64,000 nucleotides of DNA from assembly GCA_951406725.2 (NCBI GenBank), contig OX597828.1, forward strand, positions 71,052,001 through 71,116,000. Direction: 5' to 3'. Of this stretch, positions 25,700 through 39,335 are shown in pieces. The notes under the pieces are model-generated. The model searched no databases, was not told the DNA's origin, and worked only from the letters and a program-made list of their open reading frames with translations. Numbering within the stretch: position 1 is the stretch's first letter; each line of letters begins with the position of its first letter. A program made the position numbers and the translations under genes. This DNA comes from Octopus vulgaris. Its lineage: Eukaryota.

Positions 25700-25950
25700 G
25701 CATTTGCCTTTGTGCCGGTGGCACATAAAAAGCACCATCCGATCGTGGCCGTTTGCCAGCCTCGTCTGGCATGTAAAAAGCACCCACTACACTCACAGAG
25801 TGGTTGGCGTTAGGAAGGGCATCCAGCTGTAGAAACACTGCCAGATCAGATTGGAGCCTGGTGCAGCCTTCTGGCTTCCCAAACCCCAGTCGAACCATCC
25901 AACCCATGCTAGCATGGAAAGCGGACGTTAAACGATGATGATGATGATGA
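25700..25950 (+). mobile_element. SINE 3' portion with RTE-type (GAT)n tail
   Basis: Ends aacccatgctagcatggaaagcggacgttaaacgatgatg. Confidence 0.8.
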
Positions 25951-27020
25951 TACAATATCCATCACTACATGTAATTGTTGACAACTGCTACGAGTTGCTA
26001 GTAATAGAAACAGGGCACATCTGTGGAGGTGATGTGTCAGAACTGAATATGTTTTTGTGTGTGTGTGTGCATAGTTCATCTAAGAAAGTAGTCTGCCATG
26101 AAACATCATCCGAACATTTCTCTCGTTCTCTGCGTGTCTGCCAAAGCCTTCTGTCAGTGTCCTAGGTCTTTCTGTCCATCTCTCTGTTGACCATGGTATT
26201 TTATAACAGCTCTGGCAGCTAGAAGGACAGACATACTGCAGCAGAGATTGTGCTTAAATAGGTCAGCTCCTGTCCATTTGAACTTTGCCTGATATGGCTC
26301 AGGTCATAGGTCAAAGGGAGATGTCTTATCATTTTTTGACAGGACAAAGAAAACCTTTTTTCGCACCTGTTGATCATGGTGGTTTGGACGAGCAAGAATC
26401 CTTAAATTCGGTTTTGAATTTAAACTTGGAGAAGGAGATGTTAATTTTTACACATATATACATACATGAAATGTTAAGGTGTGATTTGGGGCAGATATGA
26501 GGTCTAGCTACCCTGTAAAGGTTTCCTTCATTACCCCATGTGTAAGACCAAAGGAGTGCTTTGAAGGAGATTTGACTGCTTGTTCTATCAGGTCTATCTA
26601 CTGAGATTTTCCTCATTGGCTCATACATAGATATATACACATATATAATCATCATCATTATCGTTTAACATACATACATGAAACTGTTCATAGTGGCGGA
26701 TGGGGTTAAAGTATTAATAAAACAGATGGAATGAGTAAGAGATTTTATTTGGTACGACACATGTTTCGACCCGTTCTGGGTCTCTTCGGGTACATAAATA
26801 AAAAGTCTCACTAAAGATTCTCTGATTTGGTTTTACGTACTGCTATATATCCATCAACTTTTAGAATGAGTGAAAAACAGAGAAAAATTGAAACACAAAA
26901 AATTCAAATATGAATGTAAAAATTATACATTCAAGTTTAGAGAGAAAATGACAGAATGACCCGTCACTGTTGTAAATGTTAAGAGAAAGAAAAGGATGTA
27001 GAAGTTGAAAGGAAGATAAT

Positions 27021-27055
<35 letters not shown>

Positions 27056-27127
27056 CACATGTGTGTGGTGTGTGTGTATACAGATATATGTATGTATACT
27101 TATATATATATACATGCTGTATTTCAG

Positions 27128-27237
27128 GATGTTGATCTACATACTGATGGACGCACCAGCTCAGACTTCAAATCCGATCAGAAGACAAATGCTTTTTACA
27201 TCCAGTTGTTTGCCATCAATGAAAAATACCAAACAAG
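27128..27237 (+). CDS. CFAP61: CFAP61 exon 7 (...NAFYIQLFAINEKYQTR)
   Basis: Phase 0 to 2; conserved AF.IQLF.I.EKY..R. Confidence 0.9.
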
Positions 27238-27639
27238 GTTTGTGTAGAGACATTTTCTGTTGTATTTGTTTTGTTTGTTGTTGCTGTTTTGTTTGTTGCT
27301 GTTTTTATAGCCATCTGTAAGTGTTCACGTGTATAAGGCAGGGTGGACTATTGACCACATGGTCCTATGGCCAATCGTCTCCAAAATTAACCATTCCAGG
27401 AATGCAAGGAGAGAGAGAGAGAGTGTGTGTGTGTGTGTGTGTGTGTGCATGCGTGCATGTGTGTGTGTGTGTGTGTGCATGCGTGTGTGTGTTTATGTAT
27501 TAAACCACACATGATTTTAGATAAGGGCAAAATATGGGAAAATTACATTAAACTTAGTTAAGTGAAATCAGTGAAATGAGAACCAGGTTAGCTAAATATG
27601 ACATTTTTCTATACTACAAAAAAATCGCTTTTAGATGCA

Positions 27640-28025
27640 AAACTCCAAGCATGATCGTTACCAGCGTCGCCTTAGAGAGAACCATCCAAGCATGATCATT
27701 GCCAGAGTGGCTATCTGGCCTCCGTGCCGGTGGCACGTAAAAGACACTATTCGAGCATGATCGTTACCAGCATCGCCTTACTGGCACCTGTGCCGGTGGC
27801 ATGTGTAAAAGATTCAAGCGAGGTCATTGCCAGTACCGCCTGACTGGCATGTAAAAGCACCCACTACACTCTCGGAGTGGTTGGCATTAGGAAGGGCAGC
27901 CAGCTGTAGAAACTCTGCCAGATCAAGATTGAAGCCTGGTGCAGCCATCTGGTTCGCCAGCCCTCAGTCAAAATCGTCCAACCCATGCTAGCATGGAAAG
28001 CGGACGTTAAACGATGATGATGATG
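27640..28025 (+). mobile_element. SINE 3' portion with internal tandem subrepeats and RTE-type tail
   Basis: Closely similar to 40510-40990. Confidence 0.8.
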
Positions 28026-28676
28026 AAACCTTTTTTCTATATAAAAAACCCAGAGCAATTCTGATGAATCCCTATTTTTCTTTGATCCCTTCTCATTTCT
28101 GTTGTATATGCTTATATAAATTATAAACGCCAAACTCACCTCAAGAATACATATACCAATATAATTTCACTTGAACTATGAGGTGAGGACATTTATTCTG
28201 TGAAAACGTATCTTCATATTTTTGTTTCTCATACATATAAACACAGAAAAAAATTATTCTCCACTTATATTAAAAAGTTAAACTAGTTTTAATTACATAA
28301 TATGTGTATATATAGTTGGTATTATGTTAAACTGTTGTATGTCCAAATTTGGCCAAATGCATTGTTTTCAATATTTAATTTTACTTGTAATAGCCGCTTC
28401 TTTTGGTCAAACTATCATATCTCCAGCTGCTTTCAGAAAAACAATTGTCCTAGTGTAGTACAATGGTTTAACATTTTTCAAAAGTCCCACATACGACAGT
28501 TTTGCAAAAAATGCTTCTGACTGAAAATATCATAGATGCATGGGTTTAGGATTTTATGCACCTGACAAGGTATTATTGTTAAGCGGAAACTGTTGCTAGT
28601 GTAAAAAGAAAGGGAATGGTGAAACTATTTTTTTCGTTTTCTGAAAGAGCAACGTTTTGGACTTACAACACTTTGG

Positions 28677-28766
<90 letters not shown>

Positions 28767-28959
28767 GAAGTTCATAGAAAGACAAAAGACGAAGACAGGT
28801 GCATGAACAACAAGCAGGTGTATTAATTTGACACTGGGGGGAAAATGAAAAAATCTTTTTCATTTTCCCCCCGAGTGTCAAATTAATACACCTGCTTGTT
28901 GTTCATACACCTGTCTTCGTCTTTTGTCTTTCTATGAATTTCAACTATATAATAATAAT

Positions 28960-29335
28960 AATAATAATAATGAAATTATTGTATACAGTGCTCAGGTGCA
29001 CCACAACTTGTCAAAAGTGCATATAAAGTATATGCAGTAATGTACAAATGTCTGGGAAGTGAACAGTGTATGAGTCAGATACATGCTTGCGTGTGTATGG
29101 AGTGGAGAAAATCAGGTGTAGTGTTGGCGAATCTCAGGAAGCATGGAAGTTTTGAAGGATGCAGTGCTCCGACAACTGACAACTGATGCCTGGCAGTCTG
29201 TTCCATGCTTCAGCAACTCTCAGCGTGAAAAATGTTTCTGAAAGTCATGGGAGCTGTGCTGTTTTCTGACTTTGTAAACATGGCCATGGGTGTTAGACGG
29301 GTGGAGTTTGAAAAGGTGCTCAGAGTTATATTATC
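28960..29335 (-). mobile_element. CR1/L2-like LINE 3' end with (TTA)n tail
   Basis: Minus strand KVRKQHSSHDFQK...RVAEAWNRL; similar to 46290-46670. Confidence 0.7.
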
Positions 29336-29520
29336 TACGCTCACATGGTTACCCCAGTTTGATCCAGACTGGACTTCCTACTCTTTGGATTTGCATGTCT
29401 GAACCACTTCCTGAACTTTCAGCACCTCTCCTCATCCACATACCAGCACTCCACCCGGATTACCACTGGATCTACTGACTCTACCTTCATGGATTTCACT
29501 GGATTTTTTTTGTCTATGTA

Positions 29521-29568
<48 letters not shown>

Positions 29569-30358
29569 ATCATCATCATTTATCATCTGTTTTCCCATGG
29601 TGGCATGGGTTAGATGGTTTGACAGGAGATGGGAAACCGGAGAACTGCTCTGGGCTTCATTGTCTGCTTTGGTGTGGTTTCTTTGGCCAGATGCCTTTCC
29701 TAATGCCAACCACTTAGCAGAATATACTGGATGTCTTTTACATGGCACTGACCCCATTGAGGTCACCATGTAACTTGCAAGATGAAAACCTCTCTACTGA
29801 GAGGGGGAGTGGAACCAAGGGAGGTGGCTTTGTGCCAGGTGAGAGATTTGAGTATAAAGATTGATGAATAAAGAGTGATAAAGATAGATGTCTGACTATT
29901 GAGGAGGTTCTTGGCTACCCCAGTCGGAGTGGAACCGAGGGAGGTGGCTTTGTGCCAGGTGAGAGATTTGAGTATAAAGATTGATGAATAAAGAGTGATA
30001 AAGATAGATGTCTGACTATTGAGGAGGTAGTTGGCTACCCCAGTCAGAAATGAGTTCTATGGCTTACCTGCTCCTGAAAGAATATCATTCAGTCAACAAC
30101 AGAAATTGGTGGGTTGTCTCCTTATTTGGTGTCAGATTATGGATGACTGCAACAGACATGTCTAATCCATGAGAACATGGAAGTCAATCGTAAAACAGCA
30201 ATGACGGTGGTGGCAGTGGTGGTGGTGGTGGTGGTTGTGGTGGAGGTAGTTGTGGTCATGGTGGTGGTTGTCGTGGTTGTCATGGTTTTGGTGGTGGTGG
30301 TGGTGGTGGTGGTGATGGTAGTGGTAATTTAGGAAATATTCTTCTTTCTCTCTTCTAG

Positions 30359-30467
30359 GGCAGAAGACTTCCTCATGAAAGCCTTTGAGCTTTTTCCTGA
30401 CTTTGACATGTGTATCATCTCCATTCCTCATCTCGTCCCAGAGTTTCCTTTGTTGCGACTTTTTGTG
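30359..30467 (+). CDS. CFAP61: CFAP61 exon 8 (AEDFLMKAFELFPDFDMCIISIPHLVPEFPLLRLFV)
   Basis: Phase 2 to 0; conserved F.LFPD..C...PHL.PEF.L. Confidence 0.93.
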
Positions 30468-30803
30468 GTAAGTTCATCCTCATTTTCTTCCACCCGGCTT
30501 AATCAAAGCCGGGTGGATTCGTTATTTTTTTCTCTTTACCTGTGTGAGTTGTTGAATATTGCTGTCCGGGAGATTTTCTTATGGTCGTGAAATAGTTAGT
30601 TTTAACTGCTATTTCTAAATTTCGGTATGTGGTGAAGCAAATTTTTGCTAAACCCTAATTATAATTATACTCATAATTATAAATTTTATGTATAAGTTTA
30701 CCATTAATGGTTCAATTAACATACCAAACTACTTGGTAAAATTTTTAATTATTAATTAATTAATTAATTTTACCCTTTATTATTATGTATGCATGCATAT
30801 ATA

Positions 30804-31323
30804 CCGTAAATCCTCGAGTATAGTCCGCCCTTGAGTATAATACACAGGGGATTTTTAGAGGGCTGTACCTCTGAAAAACCTAAACTTTGTGTATAATATG
30901 CACCCCTTCTCTACTTGAGTCGTGCGTAATTAAGCCAGCAGCACCTAGTTGACCAAACACTTCCGTGCATGCGTAATACAATAATGGTGATGTTCTTAAC
31001 TGTTATATGGGAATGTAAATATGTTTGCAAATTGTTTTTGTTACATGTTATTCTGTGTTCTGAATACTTTTATTTTAATAAATGCTGCTTACTGCAAGTT
31101 ATGGATGATTCTTTTATGACTTCATTGCTTTCAGGCTTAGCTTAAGGTATTTTCACGCCCGACATCACAAAATGCGCCTGAATAGACATTGCCGGACAGC
31201 AAATAGAGAGTCGGACATTGCTTAGAAAATATTTTTCATTTTTAACCTCGATATAGTACACATTAGGGGTTTTAACCTTTAAATTTTGGGGAAAAAATGC
31301 GGATTATACTCGAGGATTTACGG
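30804..31323. mobile_element. Tc1/mariner-pogo-type MITE
   Basis: TIRs ccgtaaatcctcgagtatagtccgc / gcggattatactcgaggatttacgg flanked by TA. Confidence 0.85.
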
Positions 31324-31356
31324 TATATATATAATATTATTTATATATATATAATA

Positions 31357-31406
<50 letters not shown>

Positions 31407-31485
31407 AGTTGTAATATTTTCTACCATAAACTTAGTAATAACCTGGTCAGTCACTCACTAGTAATAATATTTTTTCTTTAATCAG

Positions 31486-31556
31486 AGAGCAACTCCAAGA
31501 AAGGGCTGTTTTCCTCCTCAAGAACTATATGTCTTTCATAAGTCAGGACTTATCAA
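31486..31556 (+). CDS. CFAP61: CFAP61 exon 9 (RATPRKGCFPPQELYVFHKSGLI)
   Basis: Phase 0 to 2; QELYVFH motif. Confidence 0.9.
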
Positions 31557-31733
31557 GTAAGTCAGTTTCTCTTCCTCAGCAGAAGTTTGGTCATGAAGCC
31601 AGAGAAACATCATCATCACCATCAGTTGTCACAAATGGTTTATATATAAAGGTTGTGTCCAGCTGCAGAGAAATCTGCTTCAGTTTCATTTGAAAAGCAT
31701 TGAGAAGAGGGCATTGATACAATGATGTTGATG

Positions 31734-31771
<38 letters not shown>

Positions 31772-32892
31772 ACACATCATCATTGAAGCCCCTCCCAGAG
31801 CCGGGCACCTGTGCCTCACTTTACCCTCCGCTTGGGCTCCTTAGCAAAAATATTAGATAGTTGCATATACAGCTGAAGACTTACATTTGCAGCCAATCAA
31901 ATCGACAGAATCACAAAAGCAAATCAGAAGAATAACACTAAGGGGCCCCTTCTCCTCTCAGCTCCCATATTTCTTCACCTGAATCACCACTTTCTTCATC
32001 ACTTTCACCAGTTTGAGTGTCTGAATCACTCTTAGTGTTTGCCTGAGCGTAAACTCTTTGTCCAAAGAATAAATATGCTCAATAACTTCCTCCACTGTGA
32101 AGCATCGAGGCCTTGTTCATTTACCGGATGAAGTGCTGGATTCATCACAAAGAACACCTGTTTTTTTTTTTGTTAAATTAGAAACAGAATTAAGCAACAT
32201 TTTAGGGGATGCCATTAACAAGGACTACAAAGTTTGGTTTAGTATTTTATCTTCTTTTTCTGTGTATGTTGTTTTTTGGGGGAATCCGGTAGAAATTACA
32301 TTCTGGCTATTCCCGCTATACCAAGAACATGGTGCAATAGAATCAATGTCTGTTTTCGATGCTGATATCATCTGAAAAGTTCAAGAAATCAAAGGACTTG
32401 GCTGAGAGCTCCAATGTCTGATTTGGCATGATTTTTACGGCTGGATGGTCATTTTAATGCCATCCATTTTACAGAGTGTACCGGGTGCTTTCTTCAAGGA
32501 ACTTGCACTAAACAAGAACCTCTACTACTCAACAGAGTTGAAGGAAGTATCATTCTTTTCTACTCTAGGCACAAGGCCCGAAATTTTGGGGGAGAGGGCT
32601 AACTGATTAGATCGACCCCCAGCATGCAACTGGTATTTAATTTATCGACCCCAAAAGGATGAAAGGCAAAGTCAACCTTGACGGAATTTGAACTCAGAAC
32701 GTAAAGACAGACGAAATACTGCTAAGCATTAATAATAATAATTATAATAATAATAACAATAACAATAACAACAACAACAACAACAACAATCCTCTTTATT
32801 ATAGGAACAAGGCCTGAAATTTAGGAGGTGGGGAAGGGCAAGTTGATTACGTCAACCCCAGTGCATAACTGGTATTTATTCTATTGAATAAA

Positions 32893-33130
32893 AGGCGGCG
32901 AGCTGGCAGAAACGTTAGCACGCCGGGCGAAATGCTTAGCGGTATTTCGTCTGCCGTTACGTTCTGAGTTCAAATTCCGCCGAGGTCGACTTTGCCTTTC
33001 ATCCTTTCGGGGTCGATAAATTAAGTGCCAGTTACGCACTGGGGTCGATGTAATCGACTTAATACCTATGTCTGTCCTTGTTTGTCCCCTCTGTGTTTAG
33101 CCCCTTGTGGGTAATAAAGAAATAGGTATT
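32893..33130 (+). mobile_element. SINE family C, young copy nested in an older opposite-strand copy
   Basis: Intact head; flanked by duplicated ggtatttattctattga. Confidence 0.8.
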
Positions 33131-33441
33131 TATTCTATTGACCCCCAAAAGGATAAAAGGCAAAGTCGACCTCAGCAGAATTTGAACTCTGAACATAAAG
33201 ACAGACGAAATACCGCAAAGTATTTCGCCTGGCATGCTAATGATTCTGCCACCCTCTCATCCACCCACCTTAGAAGGAAGGATTATTGAAGGAGGTAGAA
33301 ATACGGGAGAAGGACATTGTGTTTATATTCTTGGGTAACATTCAGGCTTCAGTAACTCAGCCGTATTGTTGATGTCATAAAAACATATCACAGTAATTTA
33401 ATTTATTGAATCACAAGGGTTTAATGAAACGAGGCGTTTAA

Positions 33442-33662
33442 CCCTTTCGTGTTCAGATTACTCTGTTAAATGTAATGTTTTTTTATTTAAATTGTTTTGA
33501 ATTAATCATGCATTACCTTATAGCTTTGAGGTTTCAATGATGTGATTGTTTATATTTAGAATGACATTGTAGGTTAGGTGTGAGAGGCTAGATATGGCCA
33601 GTTTGAATATAAAACATGTTGAATATATTGGGCTGGATTTGGCCAGTTTAAACACTAAAGGG
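33442..33662. mobile_element. piggyBac-type MITE
   Basis: TTAA|CCCTTTCGTGTT ... AACACTAAAGGG|TTAA; related inverted copy at about 22619-22818. Confidence 0.8.
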
Positions 33663-33690
33663 TTAATGCGATGTCTTTGTTTGTTTGCAG

Positions 33691-33817
33691 GGATATTAAA
33701 GTGCGAAAGGCCTGCACATCTGACTTTGAAAACATCTGGTTTTTGACCAAAAATATTCGACAACAAGAGAAACTTCTGGACGACTTGCAGCAGTTTAACG
33801 ATTACCGCAGAGACAAT
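33691..33817 (+). CDS. CFAP61: CFAP61 exon 10 (DIKVRKACTSD...LLDDLQQFNDYRRDN)
   Basis: AG/GT, phase 2 to 0. Confidence 0.9.
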
Positions 33818-34054
33818 GTAAGGCAAACAGCTTAAGCATTGGCATGTTTTGGTGTAGTCTTTATAGCCCCTGGTCTTGTCTACTGGTTCTTATCTATAGC
33901 TAGTCATTCATACTGTCTGGTGTAGGGACAATCCCATAGCCATCACCACTAACACAATGGTCAAAGTTCCAGTTAACGAATAAATATTGTCTTAATCATG
34001 GGCTTTTTCGTTTTTAATAGAAACCTTAAAATCGACCATTACTTTTCCACCAAG

Positions 34055-34102
<48 letters not shown>

Positions 34103-34458
34103 TATATATATCAAATGAAATGGAAATAAGAATATGTATTGTCCGTTTGATGGAAGACTACTATAAATGGCTGAAGATTGCTCAACATTTTAAAACTGAT
34201 GTAATACTTACAGTGTTTAATAAAATGAAGTAGTATGAAACGATTGTACCAAATTAGCTAAGATATACTTGTTGCTTATTTTGATTATATATATATATAA
34301 TCAAAATTCATACATTCATCTGTCCATCCTTCCATCCATCCATCCATCCATACATGCACACACACATAATATAGTATAACATAATATGCATTATACATAT
34401 GTATATATACATATATGTATGCAATATACAATATATATAAAGATATACATATGTATGT

Positions 34459-34504
<46 letters not shown>

Positions 34505-34577
34505 GCACACATATATATATGTATATATACATACATGTAATATATTCTACTACTATATTGACCTTGATGTTTTATAG

Positions 34578-34655
34578 GACGGTACCGACATAATGGCATA
34601 TGTGGCCACCGTGGCCGACCAACTTATTGGAGTGGCTCTCTTACGCAATGAAGAG
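34578..34655 (+). CDS. CFAP61: CFAP61 exon 11 (DGTDIMAYVATVADQLIGVALLRNEE)
   Basis: Phase 0 to 0; conserved motif. Confidence 0.92.
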
Positions 34656-34823
34656 GTGAGTGTTTCAGACAGCTTATTTAATCATGCTACTATTTACTCT
34701 GTACTAACTGTCTTGTTTACATACACACACACACACACACATACATACACACACACACACATACATATACATACACACACATACATACATTTCATACTAC
34801 ATAAACTGTGTCTTGTCTTGCAG

Positions 34824-34961
34824 GATATTGAATACCTACGATCTCACTACAACATCGAGGATTATATATTTTTTAACCACCATAAGCAGAGTGAACATGC
34901 CCACCTCTATCATTTTATTATGAATCCGGCTTTCAAGTATTTATCCAAATTCTTCATGAGG
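34824..34961 (+). CDS. CFAP61: CFAP61 exon 12 (DIEYLRSHYNIEDYIFFNHH...HFIMNPAF)
   Basis: DIEY.RSHYNIED is a highly conserved CFAP61 motif. Confidence 0.95.
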
Positions 34962-35411
34962 GTTGTGTATTTCTGTTTCATTTTATATTTCAAATCATTT
35001 TGAGACATTCTTTAAAGAAATGTTTCCATTTAAATCTTCTTCCATTTTGATTGTATATCTTTGAGATTGTATATCTATAAATTGATGATTGTTTTACTGT
35101 TGGTTGGACATATCTATAAATATATGATTATTTCACTGTGTTGTACACATCTGCAATTATAGGACTACTTCACTGTAGGTTTGATATGTCTGTAAATTGT
35201 AGAACAAAAATGGATCTTATGATCTTTGTTTTCAATAGTTTTACTAAACTAAGTCGGTAGAACACACTGACTGTTGTGTGATGGAACTCAAGATCTTTAA
35301 GATCTTTGAGGTGGTATTATTCAACCATCACATCTTGAGTACTCATGCACCAGACTTACATACATATGTTATGTCAGTGCTTCTGTATATGTACGTATGT
35401 GTCTGTGCATA

Positions 35412-35448
<37 letters not shown>

Positions 35449-35712
35449 GTGTGTGTGTGTGTGTGTGTCTTTGCAGATATGTGTTAGGTCAGAAGCAAAA
35501 GTCTACTCAGATCCTTGTGTGTCTGTTGGTGGTGGGAAGAGTAGCTTCGATTGGAATGGAATTATTTTGGATGGCATGGAGAAGTTGTATGTGTTGGAGA
35601 GGAGATATGTCTTAGATTGGAGCGAACAACAGGCAAGGTCCTTCTCCACTTCCACCCCAAACATGGGGGTTATTCCACATCAGTCTCACATTTCTATGCT
35701 ATTCTGTTACAG

Positions 35713-35781
35713 GAAATTCTACGACAGAGTTACAAGAACTGCCTTTATTATCCACTCTTCCCCTTATATGCTTCACGAAAT
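35713..35781 (+). CDS. CFAP61: CFAP61 exon 13 (EILRQSYKNCLYYPLFP)
   Basis: Phase 0 to 0; EILR...K.CLYYP. Confidence 0.9.
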
Positions 35782-36592
35782 GTAAGTACTTTCAACTAAC
35801 CGTGTTGAGTCGGGGTAGGGGTGGTGGTGGTGGTGATGATGACTTATAAGAGACATCTCTCTTTTCCCGTCTGTCTTGATAGACAATGGGTCGCGCCAAG
35901 GGTGGGGCCTACTTTGATGATGAGCAGCGTCTGCTGTGACTGAACAGTCCAATTCTAGAGTGGCAGTCCCTGGTACAGTTGCTGCACACGAACATCGATG
36001 AGACATACATACATACAAACATACACACATATACACACATATACACACATATACTCACACATACATGATACATACAAACAAACAAACTGCAATCGGCTTC
36101 TTTCAGTTTCCTTCTACCATATCCATTGACAAGGCTTTAGCTGGCCTGAGGCAGGAACTAGATGTCACCTGCCCAAAGTGCCACACAGTGGGACTGAACC
36201 TGGAACCATGCGATTGGGAAGCAAACTTCTTAAGCACACGGCCATGTCTGTGCCTCAGTGAAGACTGTTCAGTGAAGGGTCATTTTCTGGGTACATGAAA
36301 ATAGACAACAAAACTAAGGTTAATAATTCTGCTTGACAGTCACTTGGATTCAGGTTCAATTCTGCTCTGCAGCACCTTGGTAAAGAGTCTTCTGCCAGAA
36401 CCAGGAACTGACTTATGCTGCTTTCTGAGAGAAATTTAGGAGACTGAAATTATGTGGAAACTTGTTGGAAAATCCAACTCTTTCTAACATTAATGGATTA
36501 ATGGGTCACTTGACTTAATGCTGTCATGCGGACCCTGGGGTGGGGAAAGGGAGCCATCAGCATGTTCATTCTTTTCATTTGCATAAGCTCTC

Positions 36593-36686
<94 letters not shown>

Positions 36687-37234
36687 CCTCCATTACTTCA
36701 TTCGGCTCCACTGTCTTGGAAGCCCTTGATTAAACTGGTTAAAAAAAATTTGTGTAAACAAAAATCCCGGGCAACCATTCCATGAAGAACTGAATAAGCT
36801 GCTTCACTGCCTCAATGTCCTTGAATCAATTTCCTTTCATCTTTTTGATGACAAACTGCTTAAGACCATCTTTGGTTCTATGACACAAATTTCTTCTTTC
36901 AAAGTGACCTAACTTTAAACTTTCCATCAAAATTTCATATTAATTTATGCTAATTTATTTTCCCAATTCCTTATTAACAATGAGAGTGATTTTACTCAAC
37001 TTTTCGTTATTTCCAAAATTTATTGGAACAAAAACATGGCAACAGAACGGTTAAAAGTGTTCTCAGTGAAAACCTTCCATTGAAATTTCACCAAAATTTA
37101 CGTTCCAAACACCAAAAGACAAAGTTATTTTACAGAATTCTTTGTTATTTTCAAAACTAATTGAAACACTGCCATATTTCTCAACAAAAATACGGTAATG
37201 AATGGGATAATTACCTTGCTTCTTCTAATTGCAG

Positions 37235-37411
37235 TTTATTGGATCTCATTCCATCATCACTGCTCTCTCAGACATGATACCAGTCAGGTATCGCAGACAA
37301 ATTATCTATCCACCAAACCTTGGCATTAATGCACCTTCAGACCAAGTCTTGAAGGAAGTACCAGCTTTTGCTTTGACACACATGAACCGAAAGTTAGCAC
37401 TGGAACCAAAG
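37235..37411 (+). CDS. CFAP61: CFAP61 exon 14 (...PVRYRRQIIYP..LGINAPS...NRKLALEPK)
   Basis: Conserved PVR.RRQI.YP and NRKL.LEPK. Confidence 0.95.
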
Positions 37412-38940
37412 GTTTGTTTCCATTATATTATTCTCATTTAGCCCCAGGTCAACCTCAGTCTTGCAGAAATATAATCAAATATGTTCCATCTTTATTTATT
37501 CAAATATAATATACTTGGAATTACATTACGTAATATGTCCTTCCTTTTCTAAGATGGTAGGGTATAATCTGAAAAAGATTGGCTACTATTTTTAGCACAC
37601 AGTTACAATGCAGCACAGTGGTTCTCATCCATTTTTTGCCTATGGACCCCTTTGATTCCAATTGTACTCTGCTGGACTCCCATAGTCATTTGATGTATAT
37701 CGAAAAATTCCTTTTATATTTTTATGATTAAATATTATTAGGAATTCTATATTTAGGAGATGAGGAATTATGTACGTTATTTACATTATTTACATTTGAC
37801 ACAACAACCTCCTAAGCATACCAAGTGCAGATATGAGTAGCACATGGGAACTGGTATTAAGGAAGGATAGGAAAATATTAGATTTATAAGCCCTAAAATT
37901 CACTCCATATTCACTCCAAGATTCCGAGTTCGATTTCTAGCAGTGACCTGAATAATAATAATAATATAATAACAATAATAACATCGCAATATACCTTAGG
38001 AATGAAAACCCAGGTTCGAAATTTCCCCAAGACACCTGATAAAGGCTGGAGGGTATATCAGCTGAAACGTTGTGTTAACAAGATCAGGACAAATATCCGT
38101 CAAATGTAAATAATTATTAGGAATTATATTTAAAAAATTGAAATATTTTGTGTATTGCAGAAGTAAAATGAATTTATTGCTGATAAACTTTTAACAAGAA
38201 AGTCTTATATGGACCCTTCCTTTGTTAGCTCAATAAAATAAGTTCCATTTAAATTTTGGATTTAAATTATTGATTTATTCAGTAACATTGTCCCCTAAAG
38301 AGTATGTGACCGTTTGTCTGTGCCAGAAATTATTTTTGTCATGAAGGAAATACCAAAGGCAACCAGCTGCCAGAATTGGTTGAGCATCGAAAAAATGCCT
38401 CGTGATATTGGTCCCAGCTCCTTACATTCTAAGCTGGAATCCTACTAAGGTCAGCTTTGCCTTTCATTATTTTGGAGACAATAAGTTAGAGTACCAGTGA
38501 CATAATTGGGGTTGATGGTGTCAACTAAATCTCTCATCCCCACCTTCAAAGTGCTTCTGTTGAAATTGTTAATAAAGTAACATGAAGTATTTAATACTGT
38601 ATGTACAATGTGAGGTGTACACATGGAATGAGTACCATGTGGTGTCTTGAAAATATGTCTCATTTGGTGTATGTCATGTGATGTGTACTGTTTGGCATAT
38701 CAAGTGTACTCTACACAATGTGGTATGCATAGTACAGTATGTAGCATGTGGCATGCAACATTTGGTATGTACCACATGGTATATAGTGCCATAATTCAGT
38801 ATCCCATGTGGTGTGTACTATATCGTATATTCTATCTTGTATGTAGTATATTCCATGTAGTGTACATTATTATGCACATGGAACACTCTACATGGAATTT
38901 CGTACATGGTGCATTCAGTGAAGTATCAATGAGGCTTGCC

Positions 38941-39335
38941 TCATCATCATTGTTCAACCGTGGTCGAGACAATGGAATTTACCATGCTACACCAGACTTC
39001 ACGGTCCATCATAGCATTACGGAGGTCCTGTTGCTGGATGCCTGTATCCCTGGAGATTACATCAGGGTAGGAGTGTGTGCGCCCTCTGGTATTGCGAGTA
39101 GATGGCTTCCAGAGGAGAAGAGGAGAAATTGCCTTGTTTTCAGCTCTACAACAATGTCCAGCAAACTGGACTCTTCTACCTTTCACAAGAGATGACACAG
39201 GTGGTAGTTTCCCATATATTTGTACTTTGGTTGGATGACGCTTCCACGAGAGATTTTGAGCTCTCATAAGGAGGCGAGTGTAAGTTCCATCCAACCGCCT
39301 CTCAAGCTTCTTTGATAACATCCAGGTTTCTGAGC
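38941..39335 (-). mobile_element. RTE-clade LINE 3' fragment with (TGA)n tail
   Basis: ORF 38947-39447 contains ETW.L...RLDG.YTR.L...FAGHC.R...LLLW.P...AM.DRE.W, typical of the RTE C-terminus. Confidence 0.85.
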
